Shown: positions 36,994-50,314 of the stretch, in pieces
How positions within the stretch are numbered: the first letter of the stretch is position 1
How the letters are laid out: each line of letters opens with the position of its first letter
Source: Adineta vaga
Lineage: Eukaryota > Animalia > Rotifera
Length of the DNA: 64,000 nt
Direction: 5' to 3'
NCBI GenBank assembly: GCA_021613535.1
Contig: CP075495.1
Location: 10,912,001 to 10,976,000 of the forward strand
Translations under genes and position numbers: made by a program
Notes under the pieces: model-generated
The model's input: the letters and a program-made list of their open reading frames with translations, nothing else
Told to the model about the DNA's origin: nothing
Databases searched by the model: none

Positions 36994-37622
36994 ATGGCAA
37001 CAGCAACAACTCGTTATATATCAATTCCATCTTCAACAATAATAAATGAACAAAATTATCAATTAAATTCAAATCATAGTATGCTTATTCGCTCTTTTTT
37101 TTCTTCGTCTTTCTTTATCATTGAATAAATTTCTTATCTTTATTGAAGCTTCATCACTTCAAACAAATATCAATAAAGATTCAATGACTGCCATAAGCCC
37201 CGGTGTACCTGTCAAATTTGCTGATCAAGCATTCAGTATTGTATGTATCAGAATAAATCTTTCAAGTTTCAAAAGAAAACCACATGAACTATTTACATTC
37301 TTTTCCTTTCTAGCTTATTAAAGATCAAATTAGTCGATTACTTAATCTACCACAAATAAAACAACTTAAACATTCGGAAGAAAATGCTGCACGTACAGTT
37401 ACATTTGAAATTACAGAAATGGTTAAACGTATTGTTGCTCATCATATAAAAGATAACTATAAAGTTATTATACAAGTTATAACTTATCCTAAACAAGATG
37501 AAAATAATATTTTAATTATGAGTCGATGTTTATGGAATTATCGAACGGATGATGTTCTTTCGGTTGAAATTGAAACTGATGTATTCAAATTTTTGATTGT
37601 TATTCATGGTGTTCTATCGTAG
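36994..37622 (+). CDS. Tctex-1 family dynein light chain-like protein
   Basis: EITEMVKRIV...YKVIIQV...IMSRCLWNYRTDDVLS...FLIVIHGV; 3 exons. Confidence 0.75.
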
Positions 37623-38710
37623 AGATGAATTTGAATGTTGATGTTATTATTTTTCTCAGGAATGATTTTTCTAAATGTATATTTTTTAGTTGAGTCAAAA
37701 TAAATATATCGTTTCGGTGCAGTGAAATGACGACGTTTTTTTTCTTAGAATTGATTAAATGACATCAAATGCATTTTAATGCTTGTCATCGCTGAAAAAT
37801 GAAGGTCAACATAATAAGTAAAGAAGAATTTCTATTCTCATTAGATCTCATTATATAATTTCAAGAGAGGCTTTGTAAAGAATTATTTCCAATGTTTTGA
37901 CAGTACGAATTGATTAAAAGAAGATACCAGGGAAGAATATTTATCGATCTGTTCATATAATGTGCTATTTTTAATACAATAGTTTTGAAAAATTCAAGTT
38001 TACAGAGCATTAGCGTTTCTATGAAAGCTTCATACATGCGCATGATTCTGATAATAAATAGATGATGCTTGCAAACAAAGATTATAACTTCATTCTTTTG
38101 TACGAAAAATTGATTTATAAGACTTATGTAATAGATCAAATCTTCATTCTTCTATTGTTAGTTTGAGCAGGAACACGTATTCTTAAGTTACACGTATTTC
38201 TTAATGATAGCAAAGGAGTGTACTATATCAGTTACTGCTATGAAGTTTTATCCATTCGAATGTGCAAAATCAATTAACTATGTTCATAAATTTTCGCACG
38301 TTATAAATCACTAAGAAAAATGGTAACTATCTTGTTTGCTAGCTTCACATGGATTATTCATTACAAACTCAATTATAAACAACAAGTCTTGATATTATTT
38401 TTACTATTTTGAAAATATCTATGTTTAATCACTTATTAATCTGAATAAATACAAAACGTTCGTATTATTGATTAAGTTTATATTGTTTCGTTAACAATGA
38501 GATCGTATTTGTTTAACAAATTGATAATGATATGAAGAAAAGAAAAAGATAAAAGTTTATCAATCAGAGATTTTTAATAGTATGAATCGATTTTGATTGA
38601 GATTGTTTTGGCTTTAGAAGTTAAAATGTTTATCTATTTGTTTGATAAAATAGAAAGACACTATTTTTCGAGTGAGATTCGAAAAAGAAAGAGAACTTTA
38701 AAGAAATTTT

Positions 38711-40211
38711 TCAATGAAAACAATCGGTCAATGAAACTGAAATATATATCAAACAAAACATATTAAATAGTAAGAGCAAAATTGAATTGGAATGGTCAGA
38801 TGCATGATTTGATAGAGTAGCTTGTGTTATTCGATAAGTTCGAATTGATGTTGTTGGACCTTGAAGACTATCCAAAGTTTTTCTTACAGTTGTTAATAAT
38901 GGATATTTTCCTTGACCACAAAAAGCACCATTGAAATCATCAAAATCAAGTGACCATATCATTGCACCAGCTAAACGTTGTTCAGCAACATAATGACATT
39001 TCTTTTCAATTGATTCTTGATTATCAAAACTAATCCATTGGTTCATCTTTATACGCGAATGGTACTTGTTGTTCTTTATCATATTCCATATGCCATTTTT
39101 GTTTTTTAATTAAATCACATATTTCATAGTAAGATAGAAAACCACTACTAGCAGTAAAATTACCCGGTAAACCAGGACCTTTTGATGCACCATATGGTTT
39201 TGTATCTGCATTTTTCTTTTGTTTTAATTTAAATGTTCGACCATACATTCCAAGACCCAGAACTAATTTCGAAGCTGGACATCCACCTTCGATCCACGTA
39301 TCGACAGTTGCTTGTTGATTTAATAAACGTTTATCACCTTTTTCACTTGAACGTGGATATAGAGGACTATTAAATCCTGTATGTGTATTCCAACTACCTG
39401 TAAAAAAAGAATAAACAAAATTTCATTTGATCTTAAACAGATAAAACTCAATGAACCAACCATGATAATCATAAGCCATTAAGTTAACATAATCAAGATA
39501 GTTTGCTACATCTTTGATATCATAGCCAGCTTCAATCTTGGGACGATAAGCTGCAACAGCAGCAGTTAATAAAAGACGTGGTCGATCAGTTAAAAATGCT
39601 TCATTTTGAAATTCTAATCGATAGTCACGAACAAGTGAACTAAATATGCGTCGATCATTTTCTGTTTCTGGAAATTCCCAATCTAAATCTAATCCATCAA
39701 ATTTATATTTTCGTAAATATTTTATTGTATTTCGAATAAAATCACGACGTATTTTATCGGGTTCAAATGTATTTCGAAATTGTGTTGCATTAACACTTGC
39801 ACCACCCAATGATAATAAGGTTTTCATTTGAGGATTTTTATGTTTCAATATATTGAATTGTTCGTACATGCTCATTGGTGGTGCTGGTTTGATGACTGGT
39901 TTACCATTAAGACGACCCTTAACACCAGGTTTGCCGATATCATTTGTCACAACTGGTGCTGTGGATGGAGATGCTTTAACATCATTAACTTCAAATGGAA
40001 TAGGAGTTCGATTGATCATATCGATATTAGCAAATGCATAATAAAGATGTGTACAAAGTGATGGATCGATATGAGAAGGAAGAAAACGTCCAAGTCCTTG
40101 TCGATGCTGTGCCCAATTTGTAAAATAACAACCAACAATAAATTGTTGACTATGTATGGATTGAATAAATATGGTTAGTAATAGTAAACAAGTTATGGTA
40201 CAACGCTTCAT
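38711..40211 (-). CDS. GH18 chitinase with signal peptide and hydrophobic C-tail; apparent 1-nt frameshift at ~39040
   Basis: CYFTNWAQ, DPSLCTHLYYAFA, FDGLDLDWEFP (DxDxE intact), NLMAYDYHG, KLVLGLGMYGR, AGAMIWSLDFDDF..C..GKYPLL; one intron ~39399-39459. Confidence 0.92.
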
Positions 40212-41378
40212 TTTTCAATTTTCGTTAATATAGTGCGAACGATAAACTCATTCTTTTTGTGAATCTTTTTTCGTTGTGACGATACTTATCTCTATCTCTA
40301 TTTTGGTCTGTACAAATAATAAGTAACTATACAAATAGAGAAAAGAACGACATACATACGACCATCGTCCGACAACGACAACTATATACACAAAACGTGA
40401 TCGTACAACTGAGAGAGGATCAACATTTTCGTTTTTACTTCTCTCACAATTATGACAAACAAAAATGATCTAAATTGCAACATCTCATTCTTTTTCTCTC
40501 TGTCTCTCTCTCTGTCTCTTGTCTATTCATTCATTCTTTCTATCTTTATCATCATAATTTAAGTCAACTGTCCTAGTTCTAATACCAAACAAAACAATCA
40601 AATTCAATACTTAATCATAGAAGTAAAATAACCAATTATGTAGTACAAAAAAGGTTTGCTAAAATACTATTAGAAAATCAATCATACAAATGTTTATTTA
40701 AAAACATGTAAAGCAAATTATTCTCATTGATAAACTTTTATCAGAATAGACACTGATTGATTTCCTCAATGAGAATGACGGAAATAGCTACACTTTCAAT
40801 CGGAAATCATTCGTTAAAAATACTCTATCATAGAATAACCTTTCAAAGCAAACAAGATAGTTCGGTGTTAATAAAAGCGTTACTACTGAATTTTTTTACA
40901 TTGAAAACAACACTGATTTTATCAAATTTCGTTATACATTGAAATTACTCGAAATTATATTCTATACATCCATCTATTCTTCCTATGTATATATTTATTG
41001 ATGAATCATTTTCTTAATATTCTCTTCACACTCTATTACACAGAAATCTGATATTTATTAAACAACGTTATGTCTTAAAGAGTCGTCGATGATTGATATT
41101 CTGACAACTATTACTTTTTCTTTTTCTTCATTTTAAGTTTTTCTTCGAATTGAAGCTGCATCAAGCAACTCGCAGAATATTATCAACTCATTATTACCGT
41201 AAATATCTAAGTAAATCGTTGTTTCTTTTTTACTCTGTACCATTTTTATAAATCATGAGCTTCTTTATAAAAATTTATTAAAATTTGCAAAAGAAGAACT
41301 CAACAACTGGTTCCATGTATTTTCTTGCATATTTGACATATGTGCGCATACGTTGAACAATTGCTTCGATTGATTGAT

Positions 41379-41402
41379 TGAATGAATGAATGAATGAATG
41401 AA
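41379..41402. repeat. (TGAA)n microsatellite
   Basis: tgaatgaatgaatgaatgaatgaa. Confidence 0.8.
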
Positions 41403-41919
41403 CGAATGCACAGTAGACGTATTCTTGGACAATAACAAAAGCGATGTGTTAGAATGGAGTAAATGAGAGGTACTTGCTTTATATCATGATAAAAATACAA
41501 CAAAAGGAACTGATCGATTCTTTGCATTCTCTATTTTCTCTCTCTCTCTTTCCCTTCTTTTTTATTCTTGTCCGATTACATTTATACAATAGAAAAAAGA
41601 CTCCTGCCTTAACATGTCTTTGACTGACGTGCACTAGTCTCACCTTGCTCTGAGCTACAACCTCCTCTGTTGGTTATATTATTCATTCACCTGTATGTCT
41701 TCTGCACCAACGCAACATATACATATATGACGATAGAGTCGAATAAATTTCGCTATGCAATATGAAGACTAACATATTTTATTGTCAATAATAACGTTGT
41801 ATCACATGTGTTCTATGCATAATACCGTTGTTTTATGATCATTTTTTTTCGCATTATTTATCGTTAACAACAAAGATTATCTGTGCAAAATAATCGCTCT
41901 AATTATTTGTTCGTAGAAT

Positions 41920-42601
41920 ATGGGAAAAGTTCTTGCGAAAGTTATGAAAAAATTATCAGCAGATGGACCAAAACGTATACTTATGCTTGGTTTAGATAAT
42001 GCAGGTAGAATAATGTTTGTACTCCAATGATTTTCTCTAGAAATATCTATTTTAGGTAAAACAACGATACTCTATCGAATGAAACGTACAGAAGATTTTC
42101 ATACTGTACCAACCATTGGTATGTGACGAAGAAATTTTCACAGGAAATTCTTATTTTTCTTCTTATGCATAAATAGGTTTTAATGTTGAAACGATCTCAC
42201 CTTGTCGTGGTATTTCTTTAACTGTTTGGGATGTTGGTGGTCAAGATCATTTACGAACTTTATGGCATCATTATTTTGATAATGTCGATGGACTTGTATT
42301 CGTTGTTGATTCAACTGATAGTCGTCGTCTTCATGTCGCTCGTGCTGAATTAGAAGGAATCTATAAACATGAAGCAATGGATAACGTTCCACTTATTGTT
42401 TTAGCAAATAAACAAGATACAGATGATGCTTTACCTGCTGAAGAAATTGCTCGAAAACTTAATCTGTTAGATTGGCCTGAAGATTCGTATTATATCGTTC
42501 CATGTTGTGCATTAAGTGGTGATGGAATAACAGATGCTTTTACTACTCTAGCACAAATGATTCGTCGACAACAAAAATCACGTCGTTTAGGTTTTGGCTA
42601 A
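41920..42601 (+). CDS. ARF/ARL-family small GTPase (ARL11/ARL14-like divergent Arf)
   Basis: MG start, GLDNAGKTT, TVPTIGFNVETI, WDVGGQ, LANKQD, CCA; 3 exons. Confidence 0.92.
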
Positions 42602-43617
42602 TGGAATAGAATCATCAACTAACGATGAAACTATCATTTTCTATTTATGTCAGATGAAAATAGAAGACGGTGATTTAAATGTAAAAATTCATAACATTTT
42701 TCATTGGCTCATTATTATATTTTTATACTGAAAACAACTTTTTTGTGTTGGAAAATAATTGGATATCAGAATAAAGAAATGTGCGTGTTTTTATTGATCA
42801 TGTATAGATAAAAATTAAGTTCATTGCCAATTGATATGACTAACATTGTGTTGTAGCACTTTAAAACGAGGTTCTATATTCATTTCATAAATACATTGAT
42901 TATATTTATTCGAAACAGTGAATAACAATCTAAAAAAGAAGTTATCGAAGACAGGTAACTTCTTCTTTTCGAAAATATAAAATGAACAAAACTGAATGAC
43001 AGTGTGTCAATCAGACATGCAATTAAATGAACAAAAGAATTTGGCGACACCTTCTGAGTTGTTAAAGAATACTGCAATACATTCTTCTTTTCTATTAAAA
43101 ATAGAATGAAGTCATTCTGACATTTATCTTATTGCAATTCTTTTCTAAAAGTAGAATTCATATAAGACGTTTGATTCACTTGTGATACATTCCTCATGAT
43201 CAAAAATCATACAATGATTATGAGTACCAAATCGATTATTCAAATGAAATTCGTTACCTTGATTCAGAAGTTTTGATGAGATTCGAATCAATCAAGATAT
43301 TGTATTTATCGAGTTCTCTCGATTATTTCTTCAAAGAATTTACTTTTAGTTAGTACCATAGAAATGTAGTATTTAAAGTAAACTTTTATTTTTACGATAG
43401 ATTGCAATTCCTGCACAATGAAACCTAATAATGCGGTACGAAAGAAGAGAATTTTTCAGTTCAAATATGTAATCGAAGAAATGTATTAACAACAAAACGA
43501 AATGTCAATACTAGAATTTCATTTCAAATCAATTTCTCGTAAATATACAACAAAAATCGAGTGTATTTAGAATGAAATAACGTTGACAACGTTTGACATA
43601 TTTCTTTATTTGAAATA

Positions 43618-44353
43618 TTAAAAGATATTTTTATTAAGAACTACTCCACATTCTTTTACATTACTGATAAATTGTTTCATTAAAGGTTGAATCCACCAAA
43701 CGATTGAAAACGATTGAATGATTTATCTCTATCATGTTGCATGTACCATAATGGTGATCCAAAGGAAAACCTACTGACATTGTTCGTAATTGTTATCCAT
43801 TGAGATTTCGATGTACAAATGCCATATTTAATACTAGAATTCTTTATTTCCAGAATTAGATCTTGAACAAATTGAATATTTGCATCTGTATCATTCTGCC
43901 ACTCGCCTTCAACATCTAACCAAAGCCTGTCTATATGTACATTTTCATCTTTTAGATAATCAATTGTTTCGAAAATCTAGAAGGTGGAAAGTATTGTGTA
44001 AGAAATGAAAGTGACATTCAATTCTTATGAATACTTGTTGAGATGGATCATTGCATGCAAGGCATGGCAATAAATAACCATCTACATGATTGAAACCAGC
44101 TGCTCGGGCATTTCTAATCGTTACTGCACTGTTTATATCTACCACGCCACTATTTCGATAAATTCGAACAATTATAAATTTATATCCATTATCTAGTTTT
44201 TCAAAATGACAGAGACGAAAATGTTTTTATTAGCCACATACCTTTCAGACATTCGAATTGTTCTTGTGAAACTTTTTGAGAAACATCCACACCAACTGTA
44301 GTCAAAACCGATGGAACTATCAATATCAAGATCAACTGTAGAAACAGCAACAT
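43618..44353 (-). pseudogene. Protist/nematode-type GH25 (Lys1-like) lysozyme with a frameshift near the C-terminus (pseudogene or assembly error)
   Basis: Signal peptide, TVGVDVSQ, FECLK, FIIVRIYR..G.VD, DGYLLPC, LWLDVE, PLWY, FGG; the conserved tail WIQPLMKQF..CGV lies in another frame after ~43693. Confidence 0.8.
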
Positions 44354-45405
44354 ACAAAATTCGCGTTTAACTGCAAAATTGTTTCATTTGACAAAGAACG
44401 ATGAGAAAAAGTGGGCTTCAATATTCACGACTTTTTTCTTCTTACTTCAACATTTAAATTTTTTGCTGTTCTGTTCTGTAAATTTTTATGCGTACAGATC
44501 TCACTGCATTATTTCAAGGGTTCTATAAAATTCCAACGGAAAAAAATGCATTGAATTTTCGATGTCATCACCTATAAATTGTGTTGTTTGTTCATTTATG
44601 GACATGTTACAGAAGTAATTGTAAGTGCTCTTGCACAACTTTTTTGTATGTACGCAATGCAATCAATAATATTTTTCATCGAAAAATCGTTCTTCAATAC
44701 TGTCCCTAATCGATTTTGATATGCGTTGAGTATTCAACAGGATCTTGGTTTCAATAAATGAGTGACTATCGTAGCTATGATTAGAAACGTAAATATATAA
44801 TTTGAAATTTATAAGCTTTGTCTTCTCTTTCTATTGAATACAATTCCTCCATTAACATCGTAGAATCATGCCAAATATGACATTTACAAAAATCACAAGC
44901 AATAGAAAGATAAACACCTGACTATCTGTAGACGAGATCGCTCTCTCTTCTAAACCTGCGATCTTGTCGTTCAGGAGGTCTGTTGTTTGATTAGGAGCAG
45001 GTACTAAACGAAAAGTTGACATTCGCTGAAGAAGTGACTAATTCATTGGCAAGTTAAAAATACGAATCTTGGATAAGATCTGTGTTAGGATCAATGAAGA
45101 TGATATATTTAAGTTCACCTTTCTTACCGCCAATATTAATTTACTAAACGAAAACAGATTTATCTTAGAATATTTTCGCCACGTTTCAACAATCTATTCG
45201 AGTGCGAATCAATATAATATGTATGTTTCAGATAAGTTCAATTTTCAATTGTCAGTACAATTCTCGCTATGTCAACATATTATGAATTTATAGTAGTTTC
45301 AAAAGAAAATTATACGATCAGTGAAAATATAAACGTTAGTGTTGTCTACTATTTCGTATGAATAAAAAATTCAATCCCTTCACGTTTATTATCTATTTCA
45401 TTTCT

Positions 45406-48400
45406 ATGTCAATAAGAAAAAAACATTCGCTTAAACAAAAAAGGACATTATATATTGCTGTTAATCCAATAATAAATATATTAGCCGCCTTCTTTTCTCC
45501 TTCGATGATCTCTAATTACTATTTAACTGTTCAAAACTATCTTGAACAAAATAGAAATAATTGTATTTTGCCTGAACATATCAAACGAGGATGGAATCGT
45601 ATGTCTATAACTCATCATTATTTTTATGTTTACTATTTACTAGACATTCATACATTCGAAGAAAACGAATATAAAAATCGATCATGCATAATTGCATCCG
45701 ATGTTCAAATTCCCAATTCAGTCGTTCGACAACGTCTAGGAACAACACAAATCACATTGAAACAAAATATGAAAATATTACACAAAGTATTTGAATTACC
45801 TGAAGAATTATTAAAAAATTTATCCATGGAACAACAAATTGCTAGTCCAATGGATGATGAACAATTAAATGTTGATTGGAACGACGATGATGATGAAACA
45901 GATTTGAAACGAAAAAAATCCGTTATAACGACAATTATCGAAAAACAACGTGAAAAACGACGAAAATATGAAGATTATAACTATGATTATGATTATAGTC
46001 AAGCATTACCACTCGATGAAATAATCGAAGAAATTCGTACTAATATTGGTAAAGATTTAAAAAGTGAAGAGTTAAAATTGATTACTCAATTGATGCAAAT
46101 CATTAGTCAACATAAACAAGATCAAGTGATGAATATTTTCGATGAATTAACTGCTATTCACTTAATTAGAAAATTTGGTGGTGTTCCAAAACTTGTTCAA
46201 GTAATGAAAATAGTTTCATTTCAAAGAGGATAACAAAGATTTTGTTTGAAGGCATTACAAGAAATTCAGAAAGCATTTGAACAAGTAGCAATGAAAGCAA
46301 ATATTGCTTCGATTGAAACAGTTATCGATGTTTTATTAGAAAAAGATGATACCTATCGTGTAGCAGTCGATTTATTAAATTCATTTAATGAATTTGTGAA
46401 GAAAAATAAACATCAAGGAAAAGTGAATTTAAATGATAAATTTGGTAATGAGTAGTTAGTTTACTTTAGTTATATATCCATTGATCTCATCATTGATATC
46501 AAATCATCTCTAGGTGATATATTAGATCATGATCATACTTTGTTCAATATTTTGATTAAAGATCGTATCAGTCGATTACGTAAATTTATAAAATTAGATA
46601 TATATGTTGTTATCATTCAATTTTCGTTTTAGCAACATCGCATTTAACAACATTGATTAATGATTTGCAAACAGTTCGGAATCTCGATAGAAATCAATTG
46701 AATAAAACTCATGATGAACAACTCAAATATTTATCAGATCAATTGAATATGATTTTTACACGTGCACACTTTGATGGTATTAAAACAACGTTTCATTCAA
46801 TGAATTCACATATTAGTCAAGAATTAACAAAATTTATCGATCAAATTGAACGTAGTTTAGCAATTAAATTAACTGAACATGAAACTATTCTTATTGAATC
46901 ATATATTCACGATCATCTTTCTTCATTGGTAAATAGAATTTTGTTTTGATAGGATTGACATATAATTGCTTTTTTTTCAATAGACTGAAAATGAATTAAA
47001 AATGATCTATGAACGATTAGCTCAACAAGGCACTCTTAAACGTCATTAACGCTTTGAACGAATGGAATCAAACAATAACAATGGATTTAATGAAGAAAAT
47101 CGATAGCGATGGACTAGGTACAGTTATTGAAAATATGAAAGAAGCTCGTTTTAATATCAATTCAATCAATGAACTTACAAAAGAGTTAGTTGCTATTAAT
47201 AATTATATACAAACGCAATCGTCAATATCAATTGAACAAATTCAAAATCAATTAGGTTTATTTTGAAAGCAAAATACATTTTGTTTCTATATGATTCTTT
47301 GTAGAGATGACATTCTTTATTGCAACACGCGATTTAAGTGAACAACAGATTCAAGAATTAATCAAATCCACGAATCTCTATTTGAAAACTCATCTATCTC
47401 TCCCTGAAAATGTGACGAAAGAACAAAGTTTGATGCTTCTTGAACATTTGAAATTACCCATTATACGTATTTGTTTACAACGCATTTTAAATTCTGTTCA
47501 TGGTAAATCGGTTGACTTGACAAAGGTTTCGAATGAATTCTATAAACAAACTATGGCTGACTTATTGCATGAATTACTTCATGGATCTGATGAATTTAAT
47601 CAAAGTCTATTGTTTCAACAAGTGAAAGAACAATTAAAGAAGAATAAAGATTTATCGGATAGAATTTATCGGCAAATGATTAAAGAAAAGTTAATTACAA
47701 TCGATACTAAAATTAAAATAGATACAGATAAAAAGAAATTAACTATGATTACCAATCATGTGAATAAAATACTGAATAATAAAGAAGATCGTGCAAAACA
47801 ATCACAATTAGTAGAAATATTGAACAAAACTGAAATGTAAGTATATAATTCAAGTTAATTTGAAAAGTAGACGTGAGAATTTATGAATAGAATTTTACCT
47901 GAACGTATAAAACATTGGTACAGTAAAAACTCATATGTTAAACAGACATCATTATCAAAAATTAAGAAAGAATCCATTAGTCGAAAAAACAATGTTACAA
48001 ATCAGCTTGATCAAGTATCTAAAACTTCGAAAGAATACTCATCAACGACTAAAAAGATCAATTCCATGAAACTTCCTAGTGAAAGAAAAAACCTATCTTT
48101 GATGCCTCAAATAACAACACACAAAAATAATGTCGATCTATCTAATCGTAAAAGTGATGAAGAGAAATCGAAGATTAGTCCACAAACAACAATTTCACTC
48201 AAATCCGAATTCGAAGTACATGAAAAGAGCATAGTGGTTCCTAGTGACGATCAGCAATCAATTGTATCACCGATAACAGAAATGTCAAATATCAACGATG
48301 TTCCAGAAATTCAACCTGATCGTATGAATATTCTTGATTTAAAATTTAGATTATCACCTGATCCTCACTGTTTACTTGTATCCAGATGATTCTATCATAC

Positions 48401-50212
48401 TTGATCAATTACCAGTAAAATCTTATCTAATCCAGAGGTAAACTTTTCATTTATTTTTTACCGATTACTCTATGAATAAAACAGAAAATGATTGAATCCG
48501 AAAGAGAAAACAATCAACAAATTTCTGATATTCAGCCAACTGTTACAACACATACAGTTCCAGACTTATACGAAGAGATCGAATCGCGACAGAATGTATT
48601 ACTAGATAATGCAGATCCAAATACGAGCTCGTTAGTACCACTCATCGAAAACAAACAGATGGCAAATGTTCAATATGATCTTTCATCACAATCAGTTCAT
48701 CTAATTGAAAAAGATTCTGACATGAACAACGAAACATCAATTCTAACAAGAATTGAAATGATTCAATCAAAAAACATGACTCATGGTAAGTTAAATTATT
48801 CAACACTGACATAATTATGATGCATAGATATTTATTAGGTAAAGTAGGAGAAAATCAGATATTAAATTTCATCCCAGAACAACGTGCAGCACTTCTTCTG
48901 TATTCTGCACCTACAATTGATAAATATGAACAAGATGTACATATCAGTTTGTATGGCAAACTTCCAGAATATATAAACGATCCACAATATAAGAAAATGA
49001 AAGCACAACGCATATTAGCTAAAGCTATACCTTCATCAAATGTTCATCAACAGACTGAAGACAATACAAATGCTACTAGTTCATCATCATCATCGAATCT
49101 TGTCATTAGTAACACAGAACAAACTATATCCGTACGTTCAATGATATTCTAGAGAAATCAAAAAAATATCAAATGATTTCAATATTCATTTGCTTCTATT
49201 TTATCTTCTAGACTTCTTCTACTATTCCAAAACTGTTAGAATCACAAAATATATCTACAGATCAATCATCCATACCTATTGAAATACCACCATTAGATAG
49301 TACAAAATCTTCTGTAAAAAATCTTCGTCTTACTCTCAACAAATCATTGAAACAAACAGAAAATATCTATATAACATCATTAACAAATGCTTTACGTCGT
49401 TTATTTTCTCGTTCAGAATATGATAGTAACAAACTACAAAAGATTCACGAGGAGTTGATTTCATCTGGTCATATATCACCCTTGAATGAATTCTATCGCT
49501 CATCAAACGAAGCATTACGTATTACACTTGAACATTGTATTACTTATCAAGATTTCATCAGATGGACTTTATCATTATTGCAAACAACTCATAAATTGAA
49601 TCTGCTTGATTTTGGTCATGATCTTTATTCTATTGCAATTGATTTAGATTTGTCATTCATTGAACATATCGATGAAATACGATGTGTACTTGAAATTCAA
49701 GGAACTCTCAAACAAGAATTACAATCAATTACTGAAAATGATTTACGTGGTGAGTACTATAATATCAACATTTATTCATTTGTTTCTCTAAAAGAGTTTT
49801 ATAATTAACTGAAAAACCTATTTTTGTATAATTGAAGAAATAAATTCATATTTGAATGCTTCACAATTAGAAAAACTTTTAAATATACAAAAGAAACTCA
49901 ATGTAACTTTCAAAGATCGAATGTTATCAGATTTATCTTCGTTACTTCTTCATCTTCTACAAGTTTGTCATACATTTCCACGACAAAAACATCCGATGCA
50001 AACATATATTCGTGTATGTTTCATTCAAACATTGATATTCATAGGATTTTTCTCTTACTTAGGAAATCGCTGAAACATTTAAATCGCGTGCCGTAGCTGA
50101 TCTAGCTCGTCATCTCGATGACATTGAAAAACATTTAGCAAAAACGTTCGGTATAACGTTTTTTGGTGTTAGTAAACGTCTGCATGAATCTCATTTTAAC
50201 ATAATAAAATAA
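45406..50212 (+). CDS. Large (>1100 aa) helical/coiled-coil protein of unknown function, many exons, two apparent indels
   Basis: Series of + strand ORFs separated by short GT-AG introns, TAA at 50210-50212; no recognisable domain. Confidence 0.7.
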
Positions 50213-50314
50213 TATAGAATAATTCTTTTTGTGTTCTTGTTTAAAACAAAAATTTTCTTATTTTTAGTTGCTTTTCATTTTAGTAAAAAAAACAGGCTAG
50301 TTCAAAGATTGATG

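Noticed and set aside
36425-38139. ORFs 36425-36787, 36672-36887, 37861-38139
   Set aside because: Low-complexity intergenic translations with no motifs
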